Source: an archaeon (lineage in GTDB: Archaea > Iainarchaeota > Iainarchaeia > Iainarchaeales > CSSED10-239). Taken from it: a stretch of DNA of 5,367 bases. The notes below the pieces were generated by a model. That model saw nothing but the letters and a program-made list of their open reading frames with translations. It searched no databases and was not told the origin of the DNA. The DNA is taken from the NCBI GenBank assembly GCA_037147375.1, contig JBAWVI010000065.1, positions 1-5,367 on the forward strand, read 5' to 3'. Below are positions 4,711 through 5,367 of the stretch, one piece after another (the stretch's first letter is position 1; each line of letters starts with the position of its first letter). The translations under genes were made by a program, and so were the position numbers.

Positions 4711-5367
4711 ATGATATCTAAAGAAACATTAAAAGATATACTTTTAGATCAAAAAGAGTATATATTAAGTGAAATAAAATACGTTGACAGAGATATAAAT
4801 TTAGATGAATATATTAACAATAACTTAGTTACAATTATTTGTGGAGTTAGAAGATGTGGTAAATCCACATTATTAAGAATATTTTTAAATAAAATAATTA
4901 AAAACAACCAAAATATTACTTATTTATATTGTGATTTTAGTGATGAACGCCTAAATAAATTTGAAATAGATGATTTTCAAAAGCTATTTGAAATATTTTT
5001 AGAAACATATAAAGATGGAAAGAAATATTTCTTTTTTGATGAAATACAATCTATAAATGGATGGGAAAAGTTTGCAAATAGAATGTATGAAAAAGAAAAT
5101 GCTAAACTATTTATCACTGGGTCCAATAAATCACTATTACGATCAGACACATCAACAGTACTAACTGGAAGACAAAGATTATTAGAATTATATCCTTTTT
5201 CTTTTAGAGAATTTTTAAAAATAAAACCAAACAACTTTAATATTTTAAATCTTACAACGAAAGAAAGAATGAAGTTAAGTAATTATTTTGAAGAATACTT
5301 TCAAATTACTGGATTTCCATATCCTTTAGAAATAAAAGACAAAAGAACCTTGCAAGAATATTTTAAT
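4711..5367 (+). CDS. AAA+ superfamily ATPase, COG1373-like (AAA_14 domain, normally followed by DUF4143); N-terminal 219 aa, continues past the window end
   Basis: Hand translation: MISKETLKDILLDQKEYILSEIKYVDRDINLDEYINNNLVTIICGVRRCGKSTLLRIFLNK...KKYFFFDEIQSINGWEKFANRMYEKENAKLFITGSNKSLL...LTGRQRLLELYPFSFREFL. Walker A is GVRRCGKST (4843-4869), Walker B is FFFDEIQ, and ITGS and LTGR...L.PFSF.EF are characteristic of this family. An in-frame TAA at 4693-4695 makes 4711 the first possible start. Absent from the ORF track because no stop falls in the window. Confidence 0.8.
   Translation, partial: MISKETLKDILLDQKEYILSEIKYVDRDINLDEYINNNLVTIICGVRRCGKSTLLRIFLNKIIKNNQNITYLYCDFSDERLNKFEIDDFQKLFEIFLETYKDGKKYFFFDEIQSINGWEKFANRMYEKENAKLFITGSNKSLLRSDTSTVLTGRQRLLELYPFSFREFLKIKPNNFNILNLTTKERMKLSNYFEEYFQITGFPYPLEIKDKRTLQEYFN

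Noticed and set aside
4977-5234. 85-aa minus-strand ORF from the track
   Set aside because: It is antisense to the ATPase frame, which carries the Walker B/ITGS/LTGR motifs. It is a shadow ORF.
1-5367. CRISPR array or transposase/IS element
   Set aside because: There is no regular repeat-spacer periodicity and no transposase- or integrase-like ORF in any frame. The only direct repeats are the two operator-like copies at 4617-4676.

Overview
AT-rich, gene-dense window, probably from a small-genome DPANN-type archaeon (a CPR bacterium is not excluded). The lineage call rests on the tRNA D-loop 'AGCCTGGTTA', no encoded CCA, TATA-like boxes, GGTGA-type SD sites and the IleRS 'HVHLGT' signature. 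Reading the minus strand from high to low coordinates: a GC-rich island with the signature of a diversity-generating retroelement (DGR) template repeat (TR, ~4372-4518) bracketed by two perfect hairpins; a structured ~300-nt spacer; a 354-aa DGR-type reverse transcriptase (3006-4070); a solo HicB/UPF0150-like protein (2654-2878); a single-OB-fold ssDNA-binding-like protein (2289-2582); tRNA-Ile with the rare UAU anticodon (2166-2240); a 370-nt non-coding gap; and the 5' ~1.8 kb of isoleucyl-tRNA synthetase (1-1793, runs off the window). A COG1373-type AAA+ ATPase (4711-5367, runs off the window) diverges on the plus strand, behind a pair of dyad-symmetric repeats. The supplied ORF track omits both edge-truncated genes; I translated them by hand. 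The other track ORFs (692-982, 1181-1366, 4315-4539, 4977-5234) are shadow ORFs, and 4281-4505 is the TR read as protein. The main finding is a compact DGR core (TR-spacer-RT) with no variable repeat, no target gene and no Avd in the window. It lies among translation genes and is followed on the same strand by two small nucleic-acid-binding proteins that could be non-canonical accessories.
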